Shown: positions 12,038 to 24,603 of the stretch, piece after piece
Layout: each line of letters begins with the position of its first letter
Numbering within the stretch: position 1 is the stretch's first letter
Assembly: GCA_977018835.1 (NCBI GenBank)
Contig: OZ361258.1
Coordinates: 1,426,001 to 1,490,000 of the forward strand
DNA length: 64,000 bases
From: Minutocellus sp. GHC0000111
Taxonomy: Eukaryota
Direction: 5' to 3'
The notes under the pieces: model-generated
The model's input: the letters and a program-made list of their open reading frames with translations, nothing else
Told to the model about the DNA's origin: nothing
Database searches by the model: none
Position numbers and translations under genes: made by a program

Positions 12038-15000
12038 ATGACGCCGATGGGGCAACGGTCAGGACAGCACGCCGACCGACAGGTCGGATACCGACGACGA
12101 CATTCCAATTTGCGCAGCAGCATTGGCCCTATGATGGGCGCTCTCGTTGCCTCTCTGGCATTGATGGGCATGCTCAGCGGTGCATCTGCATCATCCGGTG
12201 CATCAACGCAAAACACGGCACGACACGTGCCGGTTTCGTCCAATGCGCATGCGATTCGAGGCCGCGGCCGTGTGGGTGCCAATGATTCCATGGCCCAGCC
12301 ATCTGGTATCAATTACGACGAAAATGACAACGACGGTAATTATCCATTCGACCTGTTGTCTTTTCGTCGTCGTGGCAGCCGCCACCTCAAGGAGGACAAC
12401 AACAAGAACGACAAGAATGCCGAACCGGAGCCCGAACCAGAGGCAGCTGCCGCAGCAGCACCAGTCGAAGAACCAGTCGAAGAAGAAGACGATCCCGACG
12501 ACGACCGCGTCCAGGCGTGCGGCCTGCAGTGGGACCGGTCCATCTCGTGCGGCGGCAAGGCCGACAAGAAGGACGTCGTCCCGGTGTGCTGTCCCGGCTA
12601 CGTCTGCGAGGGCGAGTGGTGCGTGTTGCCCAAGGACGAGAAGACTCCCGAACCGACCCCAGCTCCGACCCCAGCTCCTACCGACAGTCCTACGCGGATG
12701 CCGACCAAGATGCCCACCGAGGTACCCACGAAGGCGCCAACGGAAGCGCCCACCCCACTGCCGACCGACCCACCCGTTGCCGTTCTGCCGGCGGTGATTC
12801 CAACTCCCTCCCCCGTCACTTCCAGTCCAACCGGCACGCCCGTAATGGCAACGGCCTCCCCGACCACCATGGCCCCCCGCCCCACACCGCCGCCTCAGCC
12901 CGCCATCCCCGCCAACGGCATCCTCTCCGTGCCGCTGGGGAGCACCACCACGTACACCTACACCTTTCCCCGTGCCTCCTACCAGGACGTGACCTCCCTG
13001 GATTCCAACCTCCTCGCCGAGGTGTCCACCAGCTTATTATACGGACGGCTGTTGGCCGTACTGGACGACAAGAAGTCGGATTACGAATTGATCGACGGGA
13101 TCGACTTTACCGGTGTCAGGATGGACGTGGTCGACGTGCAGTATGAGAACTTGCTGCATGATGAGGACGAGCTGAGGGAGGCGGGACTGTTGGAGGACGA
13201 CAACAACAAGAACAATGGCAAGGACAATCGGAACCTTGCTGCCGAAGAAACTCAAAATGGCAAAAGAACCAAAACCAAGAATCGAATCGGGTCGTCGGAT
13301 ATCCGACGAAAGGCCCAACAGGCCCCGGCCTTTAGCATCGGCCGTCCCAAGGCCATCGTCACCCTGTCCGGCGAGGCCAAATTCCGCGTCACCGAACCCA
13401 ACCTGCTGGTGCCGGCACCTGGAACCACCGCCGAGGACAACCAGTTCGTATTGGTCGATCCCACCGACGTCCCCGGCCCATCGACGCTGTGGGACATCCA
13501 GCAGCTGATCTGGTCCACGGAGGGGGCGTCCGACGACTTTTTGGAGCTGGTCAAGCTCGCTGGCGACGCCTCAAGGGACGTCGTCGGTACTGTCAACTTT
13601 GTCAAGATTGAGCAGGACCAGCTGAGGGTGCCGACGGTACCGCCGACGGCCATGCCCACCCGCAGACCTACGATGGCGCCGGTTGCAACTGTGGTGGTGG
13701 TGGAGGAAGAAAAAAATGGCATTGTGTTTGTGCCTCCCACCGACGGAGGTATGGATTCCGCCGATGGTGGTGGTGGTGAGGAGGAGGAGGAGGAGGCCAA
13801 TGGCGGTGGATTCGTCCCCTTGGAGCCAGAGGAACCCCAGGAGACGGACGAGGGCAGCACCTTCATCCCCGCCGCACCCGAGACGTCCGGCAGCACCTCC
13901 AAGAATACCTCCAACAATCCCAATGATTCCACCGCCGGCATCGTCATTGGCGTCGTGGCCGCTCTGGTGGTCGGACTGGCCATCCTGGCCTTCTTCCTCG
14001 TGAAGCGCAAGCGTCGGTTGGATGCCAGCGCCGAGCTGGTGGACAAGGCCCGCGCGGAAAAGATTCAGAAAGAGAATGATCTGTCGCCGGGACAGCAGAC
14101 GCCGCCTAACGGTTCGACCTCGGTCAACGAGGATGGCATCGAGGTTGGATACGCGGCCGGTGCTGCTGCTGCGTCTGTGGCCGCCGGCACTGCTGTCGCC
14201 AGCGGCAGCGGCAGTGGAAGCGGTGGTTGGCTCTCCTCGAAGTTCCGTCCCAAGTTCCTGTCCCCGGGCAGGGCCACCAAGAACCGACCCGACCCCAACG
14301 GCAAGCGACCCACCGACGACAACTCCTCTCTCGGCTCGTCGAGTCTTGGCAACGGCACCACCGACTCCTGGGCCAAGCGAGTCCAATCCAACATATCCGT
14401 CGGTGGCAGTACCCTGCGAGGTGCCGACGATGGCTCTCTCGGCGATGACTTCAGTGTCGGGGCCGAAAGTATCGGCGGCAAGGCCGCTGGTCCAGCCTTT
14501 ACAGGTGACGATGTTGAGAATGTCAACATGCTTGGTGAGATTGGAATGGACGACGACGTTGATGTGACCAGAGGCTATGACATGGCTCGAACCGAGACGG
14601 CGCAATCGACCTGGTCCTTCTCGGGTGTTGGCCGGAAGCGCCAGGACCCACCAATCACGAGCCCACCGAACTATGGCATCGCAGTGGCACCGCAAAGATC
14701 GGAAGTTGACAACGACGACGAAACCGAATTCGCTCCTGATACACGCATCCTCAACGATGACGAGAGCGCTCTTCTCGAGGATGACTTTGATCGGGAATTC
14801 AACCGCAAAAATTCCGATTTGACCCACATCTCTCAAGGGCCGGGTGCCATCCGACCTAAACAGAGCGCCAGCCGCTACCGGGGTGGAAACCTTGCCACGC
14901 ACAATGAGACTGGCTCGGTGAGTGTTGGTTTTATGTATTCCTGGCTATATCTCATTTCCCCCCTATGCTTGACCTCACAAATCAAATTTTTGATCTCTTT

Positions 15001-15735
15001 GTACTACCTTCTTCTACTTTACTCTCTTCACAGCCCGCACCACCGCCGCCACCTACATGTTCCCCACCGAAGAAGCAGTCACCGGCCAAACTCTTCGCAG
15101 GCAGCATGCTCAAGCGTGGTGGCTCTTCGCTTCGCCAGGCAACAGCACCGCAAAATCAGCCCACGCCTTCTCGGACCAATACCGCCAGAACGTCTACCTC
15201 GAATGGACAGCAGAGATCCATGGCTCGTCATGCCTCCTATGGCAATGGCAGCAAGAGAGATAGCTTCGATGATCGGGGAATGGGCGGGTCTGGTATTGTG
15301 CGATCGTCCACGTCGCCCACAAGAAGTGCTGGTAGCGGTGGAACTCCCACAGACCTCCAGCGAAAGAGAATGGAGGCAAGAAGAAAGGTGCAAATGCAGA
15401 TGGAATACGATGCCCCCTCCGGCGGTCCTAGTCCGAGGTATGCGAGTGCTGGGAGTAGCGGTGGTTCCGACACGAGATATCGCGAAATCAAGAAGTCCTA
15501 TTCCAACCACTCCGAGGCAACTGAACAGGCTAGAAACGACAACGGAGAGACTGTCCTCGAGGACTTGAATAAGCTATCAGGCTTCCTCAAGGAGCGCAAG
15601 GAGCAGCAGGTTCTTCAAGAGGGACGTGGCGGATCTAATGAACGACTTGGTAGTCACCGTACGATGCCTTCCTCGACGAGTGGATCCAGTGGTCCCAAGA
15701 CGGTCTCTTCCTTCATGAAGGACCGAGGATACTAG
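12038..15735 (+). CDS. Large type-I membrane glycoprotein (signal/anchor, Cys motif, Pro/Thr repeats, TM helix, long disordered cytosolic tail); intron 14918-15033
   Basis: PTxAPT repeats; [24 protein letters not shown] followed by KRKRR; GTGAGT...CACAG intron joins the 11918 and 14965 ORFs in frame. Start codon uncertain. Confidence 0.8.
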
Positions 15736-16049
15736 ATCTAGATCTAATTGGAGAAGAAAGTATGAAATAAATGCCCTGGAATGGAATTGTATGTGGCTTA
15801 AGCCACCTGGTTCTGTTCACTGATATGTGTTCCCCCAACCAAACTCGTTGTTTATCGCACGCCTCTAGGTCTACCGTCATAAATAAATGAAATAAATGTT
15901 GATAACTACATACTAGTACCTATCCATGCGATACATCTGATCTATTGACTTGAGCCCGTGTAGATCTAGCTACATACATGTATGGCAGTCACTGTGCATG
16001 GGAATTCCTGAATGTTTATCAGGCCGACATAGATCTAGTCCAGCAAGTG

Positions 16050-16524
16050 ACGGTAAAAAGTCGTACTCAGAAGTCGTACTGAGGGAGGAATACCGAGACG
16101 AGGCCTCAGAGTTGCGCCGCCAAGTCTTTACATGTCAACGAGTACGACTTCTGAGTATCCGAGTCAAAGGTAGCCCTCACGAATACCGACTTCGCGTTCG
16201 ACTTTGACTGTAACCGATACTCAAAGGTCGCCGATACTCAACAGTATGAGTGCAATCAGGATTGACGTTTGAGGATGAAAAATAGTTGTTTCTATAAGGA
16301 TAATGTTCAATACACACTATTAAAGACAGGAGATAAGAGAGCAAAACCCTGTTCACACTCAAGTGTAAAGACTGCCTTTAAAACAGAATCTGCCATTTGT
16401 CTCTTAGCAAATAAAGGGAGTTTTCCTCAACAATATGCTGATGTCACGCCAGTACGACTTCTTATTTTAGGCTCTGAAGTTTTACAAATACTGTTGACTT
16501 CAGGCGACTTCAGTACGGTTACTG
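16050..16524. mobile_element. Degenerate non-autonomous transposon remnant with two inverted-repeat pairs
   Basis: Perfect 17-bp inverted pair 16064-16080 / 16141-16157; imperfect pair ~16208-16247 / ~16488-16524; recurring AGTACGACTT motif; non-coding. Confidence 0.5.
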
Positions 16525-16679
16525 AGAAAAGAAAAGAAAAGAAAATAAAGTAAGAACAAACACCGCCACAAGTCATTCAATTGCAGCAACATAACTGTAG
16601 CTACTCTAACGGATCATCTACATTACATAATTAATACTCTAGAGTATGTATACATACATGTACAAACATTTCGGTTTTG

Positions 16680-17645
16680 TCATGTGTCAACACCAATAAT
16701 TCTGCCATCTGGCTTTTGTTCTCGAAAGACATCAAGCTGGGAACGAGACTTGATGCTGTCACCCACTTGGATCGCGGCGTCTACTAGCCCCATGTATTCA
16801 CGGACTTCATTTCCTTCAGCACATTCAATCCTCAACACACCAAAGGGTGTGTCTTCGCTGCCGAAGAAGTCATTCTGAGCAACCGGAGGAGTAATCAAGA
16901 AGGCAGGCCGCTGGTTCCTCTGGGCCCAGCAAAAAGCAGCCCGGCATACCAGCTCCGAAGTGTTGCTACAGCACACGACGGCAGTGTTTTCACTTTGGCA
17001 TTGGATTCGCTTCATCGCCGCATCAATGCAATTGATTAGCGACAGCATGTCAACCGGTCGACCACCTGGATTCGATAATTCCTCGCCACCTACAAATCCA
17101 ACGCAGAACAACCTTTGACTTCGTTGGCCATGTCCTCGTGCAATTTTATGATCGCACTCGTAACGATGACAGTGCCGAGACAAGGAAGGAGAGGGCGGCC
17201 TTTTCTTCGGAGAATGCGTAACCACCAATCTCTGTGGACCATTTGGTCTACCTGTGCTCGTGCTCGTTGGAGGCTCACTTTGCTGTACTACAGAATCTAG
17301 TAGGAACATATCGTCATTTGAACTGGTATTGTTTTGGCCACCTTGGGGGAAGCAGATCACTGGTGTCTCGTTGATGCTAGTAGCAGTGGCGTCGGTTGGC
17401 GACGATGGCTTTTCTTCTATGCGACTGTAGACACAGAATTCTATCTCATTTGGAATCTGTGGAATTCTGGGCGGGGAGGGACAAAACGACTGAACTGTCA
17501 CATTCTGGGGCTGCCACGGCGGCCGATGTCTTTGTCGATTGCCTGCGATATGATTCTTCTTGTTACATGTATCGCCGTAGTACACTCTGCTCGGACAACC
17601 GCTGCTATCGCTGCTGGGGCTACTATCGCTGCTCAACGACATCAT
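16680..17645 (-). CDS. Hypothetical protein (disordered N-terminus, alpha/beta-like C-terminal domain)
   Basis: 321-aa ATG-initiated ORF flanked by AT-rich spacers; no family recognised. Confidence 0.6.
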   Translation of the reverse strand: MMSLSSDSSPSSDSSGCPSRVYYGDTCNKKNHIAGNRQRHRPPWQPQNVTVQSFCPSPPRIPQIPNEIEFCVYSRIEEKPSSPTDATATSINETPVICFPQGGQNNTSSNDDMFLLDSVVQQSEPPTSTSTGRPNGPQRLVVTHSPKKRPPSPSLSRHCHRYECDHKIARGHGQRSQRLFCVGFVGGEELSNPGGRPVDMLSLINCIDAAMKRIQCQSENTAVVCCSNTSELVCRAAFCWAQRNQRPAFLITPPVAQNDFFGSEDTPFGVLRIECAEGNEVREYMGLVDAAIQVGDSIKSRSQLDVFREQKPDGRIIGVDT

Positions 17646-18108
17646 GCCACAGTTTTCGGAATCCTATGACTCCGCCAACTAAAGTGGCAAGTGAATTGAA
17701 TTGTTGAATCTTTGCAATTTGTCACACAATTCTCGACGATTCAATGTCGATAATTTGTTCGGTGCGGTGACGTTGCAGCGTGCTGCTGCGAACCAACCGC
17801 TTGCTGCAGAATCTTGATGACGCATTATTGCACGGCGAAGGTAGATTCGATTCAATTCGAGCATTTGATCCAACAGACAACATTTGACAACCGGCAAAGA
17901 TCGAATCTTTCGAACCCGCGGCAGCAATTGATGATAATTACTCCTCTCTTTAATCCTTGAGGCTACAAACGGTGAAAGTTCAGTTTTCAGGAGTGACATG
18001 AAGGTCTGTCCTTTTCCCCGATTTATTTTGCTTCCTCTGCCTGCCTGGTGTAAATCCGGGGCAGAACCAACAGCCACATCTCTTCCTCGATTTTATTTGA
18101 ACGTTACC

Positions 18109-19394
18109 ATGGCGTCAACCGAGGATACCGCGGCCACCGGCGCGGCTGCCGCAGCCGCAAGCACCACCGGCGGCATGCATTACATGTATGCCGAGGCCGT
18201 GGAACAATACGAGGCCAATGTAGCGGCCGCCTCGATGGGCGGGACTGACGAGGGAGGACAGGCATCTGGTAAACCGTCAAATTCGGACGCCACGACCGGC
18301 GGTGCTTCCAGTGATGACAAGACCAAGAAGAGCAAGCCGCGAGGGCACTTGCCCTGGAAGCTGGCGAAGGAGCTGCCGTCGCCGGAGGGAGAGGCCAATC
18401 CCTGGAACAGGACGGGCGGGGGACAGCCGGTAAGTCAACTGCAAAACGGTCGTGATTAATTTATAAAAGAGGTGACACGCACGAGAATTCAAGGCATGCA
18501 CGGAATTTAATTATCACGCCAACTGCCTCTCACATTTTAATCAATTGCTACCAATAACCCCATTCCTCACTAAATACACCCCCCTGCAATCCCACACAGA
18601 TTCCAACGACCCAACTCGAAAAGACGTGCATTGCCAAGGAGTGCAACCCCGTCTTTCCGATTGGATTTTACACCTTATCGAACGCCAAGCGAGGTGTGAC
18701 CAGGGGACGAGGACAGTGGCGCGGGAAGGAAACGCTCTGCCTCCTGCACTGCTCGGCCGAAAATGGCGGCTGCCCCTTCAAGGCTCGCTTCGCGCGCACG
18801 GCCAATGGCATCGAGATCTGGACGGCGGGCGAGCACGATCTCAGCACGCACAAGTACCAGCCCAAGCGGGGCCTGAACGTGGAGGCCAGGGCGTTCGTTA
18901 CCAAGAATCACGATCTTAACCAAGGCCAGCTCCTCGAACTGCTCATGCAGAACGGCCTCATCCCCTCCGACTGCACCAAGGACGAGCTGCTCAAGTTCAA
19001 AATGCAGATCAAGCGCCGCCGGAACACGGTCAAGAACCAGATCGCCAAGGAGAAGCTCGTCGTTGCCTCCATGCGGGCGCCCAAGGTGGAGAAGGAACGG
19101 GCCATGGAGGCGGCCAACCGCAACGCCGTCGGCGTCATCGTGGCTGCGGGCGGGCTCGTCCACGCCCGGGAGGAGCAGGAGCGCATGATGTCGGTCCAGA
19201 TGGTGGCCGACGAGGCGTTGGGCCAGCCCCATGTTCCCCAGGGCCCGCCGCCCCTGGGACCGCCTCCGCCCGCGGGTGTTCTGCGGCAGATGATGATGGA
19301 TCCCGAGGCTGCCGCCGCGGCGGCGGCGGCGGCTGAAGCAGCCGTGCAGATTGCTGAAGCGCCGATTTACCCGGTTCTTCCCCACCATATATGA
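18109..19394 (+). CDS. Putative transcription factor with a WRKY/GCM1-fold-like C-x5-C..H-x4-H zinc finger; intron 18430-18599
   Basis: GTAAGT...CACAG intron joins two ORFs in frame. Motif HCSAENGGCPFKARF..IEIWTAGEHDLSTH; basic segment IKRRR; poly-Ala and Pro-rich tails. Confidence 0.6.
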
Positions 19395-19522
19395 TGCGAT
19401 GGGAAGTCGAGATGATCACGATATATATTTCTAACACATGCATACTACGTAGTAGATACTTTTCCCATTACCTTCAACGGTGTATATTGTTGTATGGTTA
19501 CGTAGCTTCACATATTCAATAT

Positions 19523-20869
19523 TTAGCCAAAGAAACTTAGTATAGCGACTCCCGCTACCGCCAGGACTGCGCCCAAGCAAGCCCGAAAGGTAGGTCTATC
19601 TCCCTGAATCAACCAAGACAATGGAAGCATGTACACCGGTCCCATGCTTCCCAACGTCAGTGCCAAAGCCAGTGCGATCTGGAACAGCGCATAGTTGCTG
19701 AGAGCTGGCGTTGCAAAAGTAGTGAAGGCAACCCCAAGAGAAATGATTGCGTATTTTTCCCGTGTCATATTTGGCAAGGAATACCAGGGTCGGCTATTAT
19801 CAGTCGGCCGGGGTTTTACTTCATCGTTGTCTTCTTGTTCTTTGTCAATTGATTTGTTTTGGTTCGGCTCTTCAATATCCGCTATATGTGCTGCCATATC
19901 CTTCCCCAATCGGTAATTGAAAAGCTCAATAATAGACCCGCGAAGCGATGACCTGTTGTAATTTGTAGCCTGACTAGTCGGTATACTCGTATCAGATTTT
20001 GTTTCTCTGGAACCAATCCTTTTCAGAGCATCCCTTAAATTCAATATTGACGACAATGCGATGCAAAAGGCAGACGCAAAACCAAAACGAATTAAAGAGA
20101 TGTTCCATGTTGACATTCCTTTGCCATACTGTTTGGTCAATAGACTGCCGTACGTGTCAAGTACCACATTGGCCACTGATAATGCATACCCCTTCCGTCG
20201 AGTTTTTGCAGTGACGGCTGGTTTACGTTTTTTTGTTGCTGTTTCTGCAACTTTTGTTTCGCCATCGTTCTGTTGACCGTCTTCTGCATCGTGGTCATCT
20301 TCGAACCGATCGCTCTTATCATCATCTTTGCAGTCGCCCTTATCATCACCATCATCATCATCACTACCATCACCGCCTTCTCGCTCCAAGCTCACCCAAA
20401 CCACACCGCCAACTGTCAGGGCCATACCAACAAACGCTGGCCACTGCAGGCTCTCGCCCAGTATCGCCCATCCCAGCAGAGCGGCCAAAAAAGGTTTGAT
20501 GCTGTCCATCAAAACGACGGGCCGGGCACCGATGAGCTCCAGGGCCTCCAACCAGGTCCAATCACCGATCAGGATGCCAATCGTCGAGCTCAGCATAAGA
20601 AATCCCACGGATTGCACGGTAAACAGTTCTGGTGGAAATGCCGGACCTCGACCGCTATGCTCTGCTGCGTCATCGTCGTCAGCTGGAGCAGCAGCACCGG
20701 GCGGTCGCGTTGCAAAGCTGAGAATGAGGAAGCCGATGGAGGCCAAAGTGCATTTGTACAAATTCAGAGCAAAGGACGAGCCCTTCCAGTGCTTGTCCCA
20801 GATGAGAAACCCAACGTCGAGGAGGAAGGGCGCAGAGAGGGCCGCAACGATGCCGCCGCCGGTGGACAT
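19523..20869 (-). CDS. EamA/DMT-superfamily transporter
   Basis: About 10 TM helices in two repeats; signatures ALELIGA..KPFLAALLGWAILGESL and PVYMLPLSWLIQGDR..LGAVLAVAGVAIL; acidic central loop. Confidence 0.9.
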   Translation of the reverse strand: MSTGGGIVAALSAPFLLDVGFLIWDKHWKGSSFALNLYKCTLASIGFLILSFATRPPGAAAPADDDDAAEHSGRGPAFPPELFTVQSVGFLMLSSTIGILIGDWTWLEALELIGARPVVLMDSIKPFLAALLGWAILGESLQWPAFVGMALTVGGVVWVSLEREGGDGSDDDDGDDKGDCKDDDKSDRFEDDHDAEDGQQNDGETKVAETATKKRKPAVTAKTRRKGYALSVANVVLDTYGSLLTKQYGKGMSTWNISLIRFGFASAFCIALSSILNLRDALKRIGSRETKSDTSIPTSQATNYNRSSLRGSIIELFNYRLGKDMAAHIADIEEPNQNKSIDKEQEDNDEVKPRPTDNSRPWYSLPNMTREKYAIISLGVAFTTFATPALSNYALFQIALALALTLGSMGPVYMLPLSWLIQGDRPTFRACLGAVLAVAGVAILSFFG

Positions 20870-21151
20870 GGTTGAGTGAAGAATGAGGAATGACGAGGAT
20901 CACCACCGATGCCGCCGGTGGACATGTGAAGAATGAGGGCGGCGAGATAACCACCTCGCCGACTTGTGCGGCCTCTCGGGCGCCGGGCCCACTCATTTTT
21001 GACCTCGCAGCATGTTCCACCTGACTCCTCCGCCGACTGCCAGCAACTTCTCGGTCTACGGTGAGCAATAACAGTCAATGCATTTATCCTCTGCATCGGT
21101 ATACGACCGGCACACCATGTGTTCAAACAATTGCCAATAAGTGACAAGTAA

Positions 21152-23347
21152 ATGCGTTCGAGAGAAACGCCTCCCAGACCCAGACCTCACCAGCGCCACC
21201 GCCGACTCAACTCGTACGAGCCGTACCGTTCTCCGCCTTCTTCCTATCGATTGACCCCCTCGGCTTCGCCGAATAGCACGGCGATCATTATGAATTCTTC
21301 GCTGCCCGCAATTCCAACCCTCATGCATGGCGGTGCGAACAACAGCCAAAACAACCGCTCATGCTCATTTACCTCCACACTTTGGTCGATCCCTTGGAAG
21401 GTTCTTCTACCGCTCCATCTGTGCACCATTGTGCTCCTCCGTCATGTGTCTTGGTACGGCCATCAAGTCGGCGTATACCGCCGTGGCCTGTCGGGACACG
21501 ATGCCTACATCGGCCGCCCCCGCCACCTCGATTGGGAGTACAATCCACCCACCGAAGACTTGTGCGCCGCCCTCAATACCACCACCGTCCCCGACGAATC
21601 CTACTATAGAAACAACTTCGGACCGACCATTGGTCCGCTGCTGCTTCGATATACCTTGCTGCATCGGTCGATGATTTGCGACCCGGCACCATTGAGCAGC
21701 AAGCGGGTGCTGATCCATCACGGTGTGGGTGGGTTGGGAAATCAGATGCAGGGGTTGGTCAGTTCGCTGCTGTTGGCGGTGTTGACCGATCGGGCGTTGG
21801 TTACCACCCATACCAGTGGCGGGTGCAACTTTTTGGGGGAATTGTTTGCACCTGGTGGTGGCAATGGGGGCGGGGATGCGATCATTCAGACTACACTGAC
21901 TCCATCGCTGGCACGATCGCTGTGGCTGGGTCATGTCCCTCGAGTGAGCTTTGGGGATGTGACCGATCCATTGCGACAGCCGGGGTTAGCGTGTGACGAT
22001 CTCACCAGTGGCAGATACGACAAGGTGATTGCGCTAGAGGTTCATACCGGTGAATACATCGCGCCACTATTCGAATTGGGTTATTTTCAGGATAAGATGT
22101 GACATTTGGGGCTGGACAGGGGACGATGGGTCCAGCCGTTTGCGCAATATCTGTTCCGACCTTCGGCGGTTGTGCAGAAGGCCATGACTACCGATTCGAC
22201 CATTAAGTGCGACGTGGGAGTCCACCTTCGAAGAAGCTTGCACAGGGAACAATTGATTGAAAACGATAAAGATGACAATGAAAAAAAGGACAAGGCCCAG
22301 CCAGAGTTGATAACACCGTGGCTCGGATGTCTTGGCCGAGCTCTTGGAGATATAAGCGTGAACAACAGTACTAGGACGCAGCAAAAAAAGAAGGGCCAGA
22401 GCAAAAAGTCACGAGATATTTTGGTTGCTTCCGACCATACCCGTGCCGTCGACGAGGTTCGTCGATGGGCTTACAATAGAAAGAACCCCACTGGAGAAGG
22501 CATCAGTAGCACTAACATTTGGTCTCTCATCGAGCAATCGCAAGACAGACTCAAGGTGCGAGGAGCGAAATCTCAAACGGGATGGATTGCCGATTCATCC
22601 CGGACATCATCGGCCAATCACCGGTGCAGTTCTGCCGTGATAATAGCCGCCGCTGAATTATTGAGTTTTTCCAAATGCAAGGAGATTGTCACTACTTCCA
22701 AATCATCTTTCTCCATGATGGCCGCGGCGTTGGCCGGGGCAAATCCATATGTGGTGGCAAACGTTGATCCTGACACTGGTAAACCAACGCTTGCAGAGCT
22801 TCAGCCCGAGACTCACGATGGTTCAAGAAACGGGTGCATAAGACAAAGATTCTCGTCGCCAATCTACATGGAGACGAATCATTTGCCATTTCTACCCTGC
22901 GTCGGGCCCGGTGATGTCTTGAAAAAATTGAGTGACCCAGGCCCATGCGATGTTGGGTACTGCGGCCAGGTATGTCTTCATCACGAACCTTCAACGCAGG
23001 TCGCCATGCATTATCTCAACTTGATATCTTGGGTTCAAAGCATAATTTATCATGTGACATGTTTGGTATTGGCAGTGTTAGTAATGATAATGCTTCACCG
23101 GTGCGGCTTTGGCCTGCGCTGCCGAGTGCCAGGCCGACAAATCAAGGGGAATGTCAACAATCGGCACCTGAAGAAAGGGGATTTGGCTTCGTTGATATCT
23201 ATATTTATTGTTGCAATACTGATTGGTTCTTCAAGTAAAATGCGTTTTGGACTTCTTCATAATATCGAACGGGGATACGATAGGGTGGAGAAGAGCATGA
23301 TGAATATGGATGCCGACCATAAGAGGTATAAGCTGAATAAGCACTAA
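21152..23347 (+). pseudogene. Fucosyltransferase-like protein (GT37/GT11/GT23-type motifs) with an in-frame TGA at 22100-22102
   Basis: GGLGNQMQGLVSSLLLAVLTDRAL, VGVHLRR, ILVASD, ELLSFSKC..TTSKSSFS..AAAL. The two ORFs are in the same frame, separated by one TGA. Confidence 0.75.
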
Positions 23348-23451
23348 GGTTAGAAGGCGGGCATTTTTATCAGTTGTTTTCCCGGGTATGCAACATGGTA
23401 TCGAGGGGTCTATAGATTTTCTATATTATTTTGCGATTTTAGGATAGTTAA

Positions 23452-24378
23452 TTAAACTGAGATTTCAGCGAACGCAATGCCATGGCTGGACGACGACGCT
23501 TCGCGCATCACATTGCTGACCTCAGACGTAGACGAAGAGCTGGTCGAAGCCAACGTTTTGCGAAGGCCTTCAAGACAGGCAGCGAAGAGGGCCATGCCCT
23601 GTGTAGAACTTGTTGGAAAGATCATTTCTGTGAACAGCTCATTTTCATATTCTAACCCCACAAGCAGCGCAACCACCTCCAAAATGCATGCTCGCTTCAA
23701 ATGATTGTATCGTTTGAGGTACCTGCTCCCTTCCTTCAAAGAATCATCTTCACCCTCTTTGAAAATTTGCGATACGGTGGCCCCTGCCTTATCTGCCTTC
23801 TGTATCATTAGGGAGGCCAAACTCTTCACCAAAGTCTCCACGTGGTGTTGAATCGCGACATATGCCGCCATTTCTTCACTATTTTCGGTATCAGAAGTAG
23901 CCAGGTCCAAATTCATGATCCTGTCCACATCTGCAAGGACTTGTTGAAAGGTGCCGGACGAGGCAACGTCATCCCAATGAAGGACGGTCTTGATGCGATC
24001 CGAATCGATCTTCAACAATGCATCATCAATGAGGGCTTGCATTTTCGATGAAACCAAAGCCGTCATTCGTCGGGCACGTCCGGGAGTTCCGTTGTTCCCA
24101 GAGGACATGTAGAATTCTTCCTGGATTTCTCCATCTGCTAGAAAGATCACAATGTCTTGCTCGGGAGTGGTAGTTTCGAGACTGTGGCGGATGGAGTCCT
24201 CCAAAAGAGTAGGACTCTGTTCAAGTAAATTCAAGACGGCCTGATTTTCGCAAAGGAGTAGAAACACATTGCCCTTCTCGTTCGATGGCAAACAAACTGT
24301 TTGAGTAAGTTTGACTTTGTCTGTGGAGGTGGGCTTAGATTTTTCAGCGACGGCGGGAGCTTTCGTGAGGATTGCCAT
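23452..24378 (-). CDS. Uncharacterised protein resembling a diverged tRNA-dependent cyclodipeptide synthase (CDPS) fold
   Basis: Intact intronless 308-aa ORF from ATG 24378. Motif order VFLLLCENQ / IVIFLAD / G..ARR / VLHWDDV / CILEVVALLVG / MIFP parallels CDPS architecture. The ORF is solid; the family assignment is a by-eye inference. Confidence 0.55.
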   Translation of the reverse strand: MAILTKAPAVAEKSKPTSTDKVKLTQTVCLPSNEKGNVFLLLCENQAVLNLLEQSPTLLEDSIRHSLETTTPEQDIVIFLADGEIQEEFYMSSGNNGTPGRARRMTALVSSKMQALIDDALLKIDSDRIKTVLHWDDVASSGTFQQVLADVDRIMNLDLATSDTENSEEMAAYVAIQHHVETLVKSLASLMIQKADKAGATVSQIFKEGEDDSLKEGSRYLKRYNHLKRACILEVVALLVGLEYENELFTEMIFPTSSTQGMALFAACLEGLRKTLASTSSSSTSEVSNVMREASSSSHGIAFAEISV

Positions 24379-24603
24379 GATTGTTAGTGTTGTGTTTGAC
24401 TGGATTGTTGTTTTGGTTGTTTGGTTGTTTGCTTCTTTAAAATTTGTGAGCAGATTTTGAGATGGGGAGGTGGAGTTATGTTGAGTCGAGGATCGGATCG
24501 GATGATACAAACGAGACAAAGCTGCTTGGGAGAGATTTCTCAACAGTCGGAAAGCTCACTCGCGGGCCGAAGAGCCCGAAAAAGTCGGTCTCTGGCTTTA
24601 ATA

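Noticed and set aside
11986..14902. Many long antisense or overlapping ORFs (also 42714-44794 and 50306-51885)
   Set aside because: Shadow ORFs expected from GC-rich codon usage of the real genes; no recognisable motifs.
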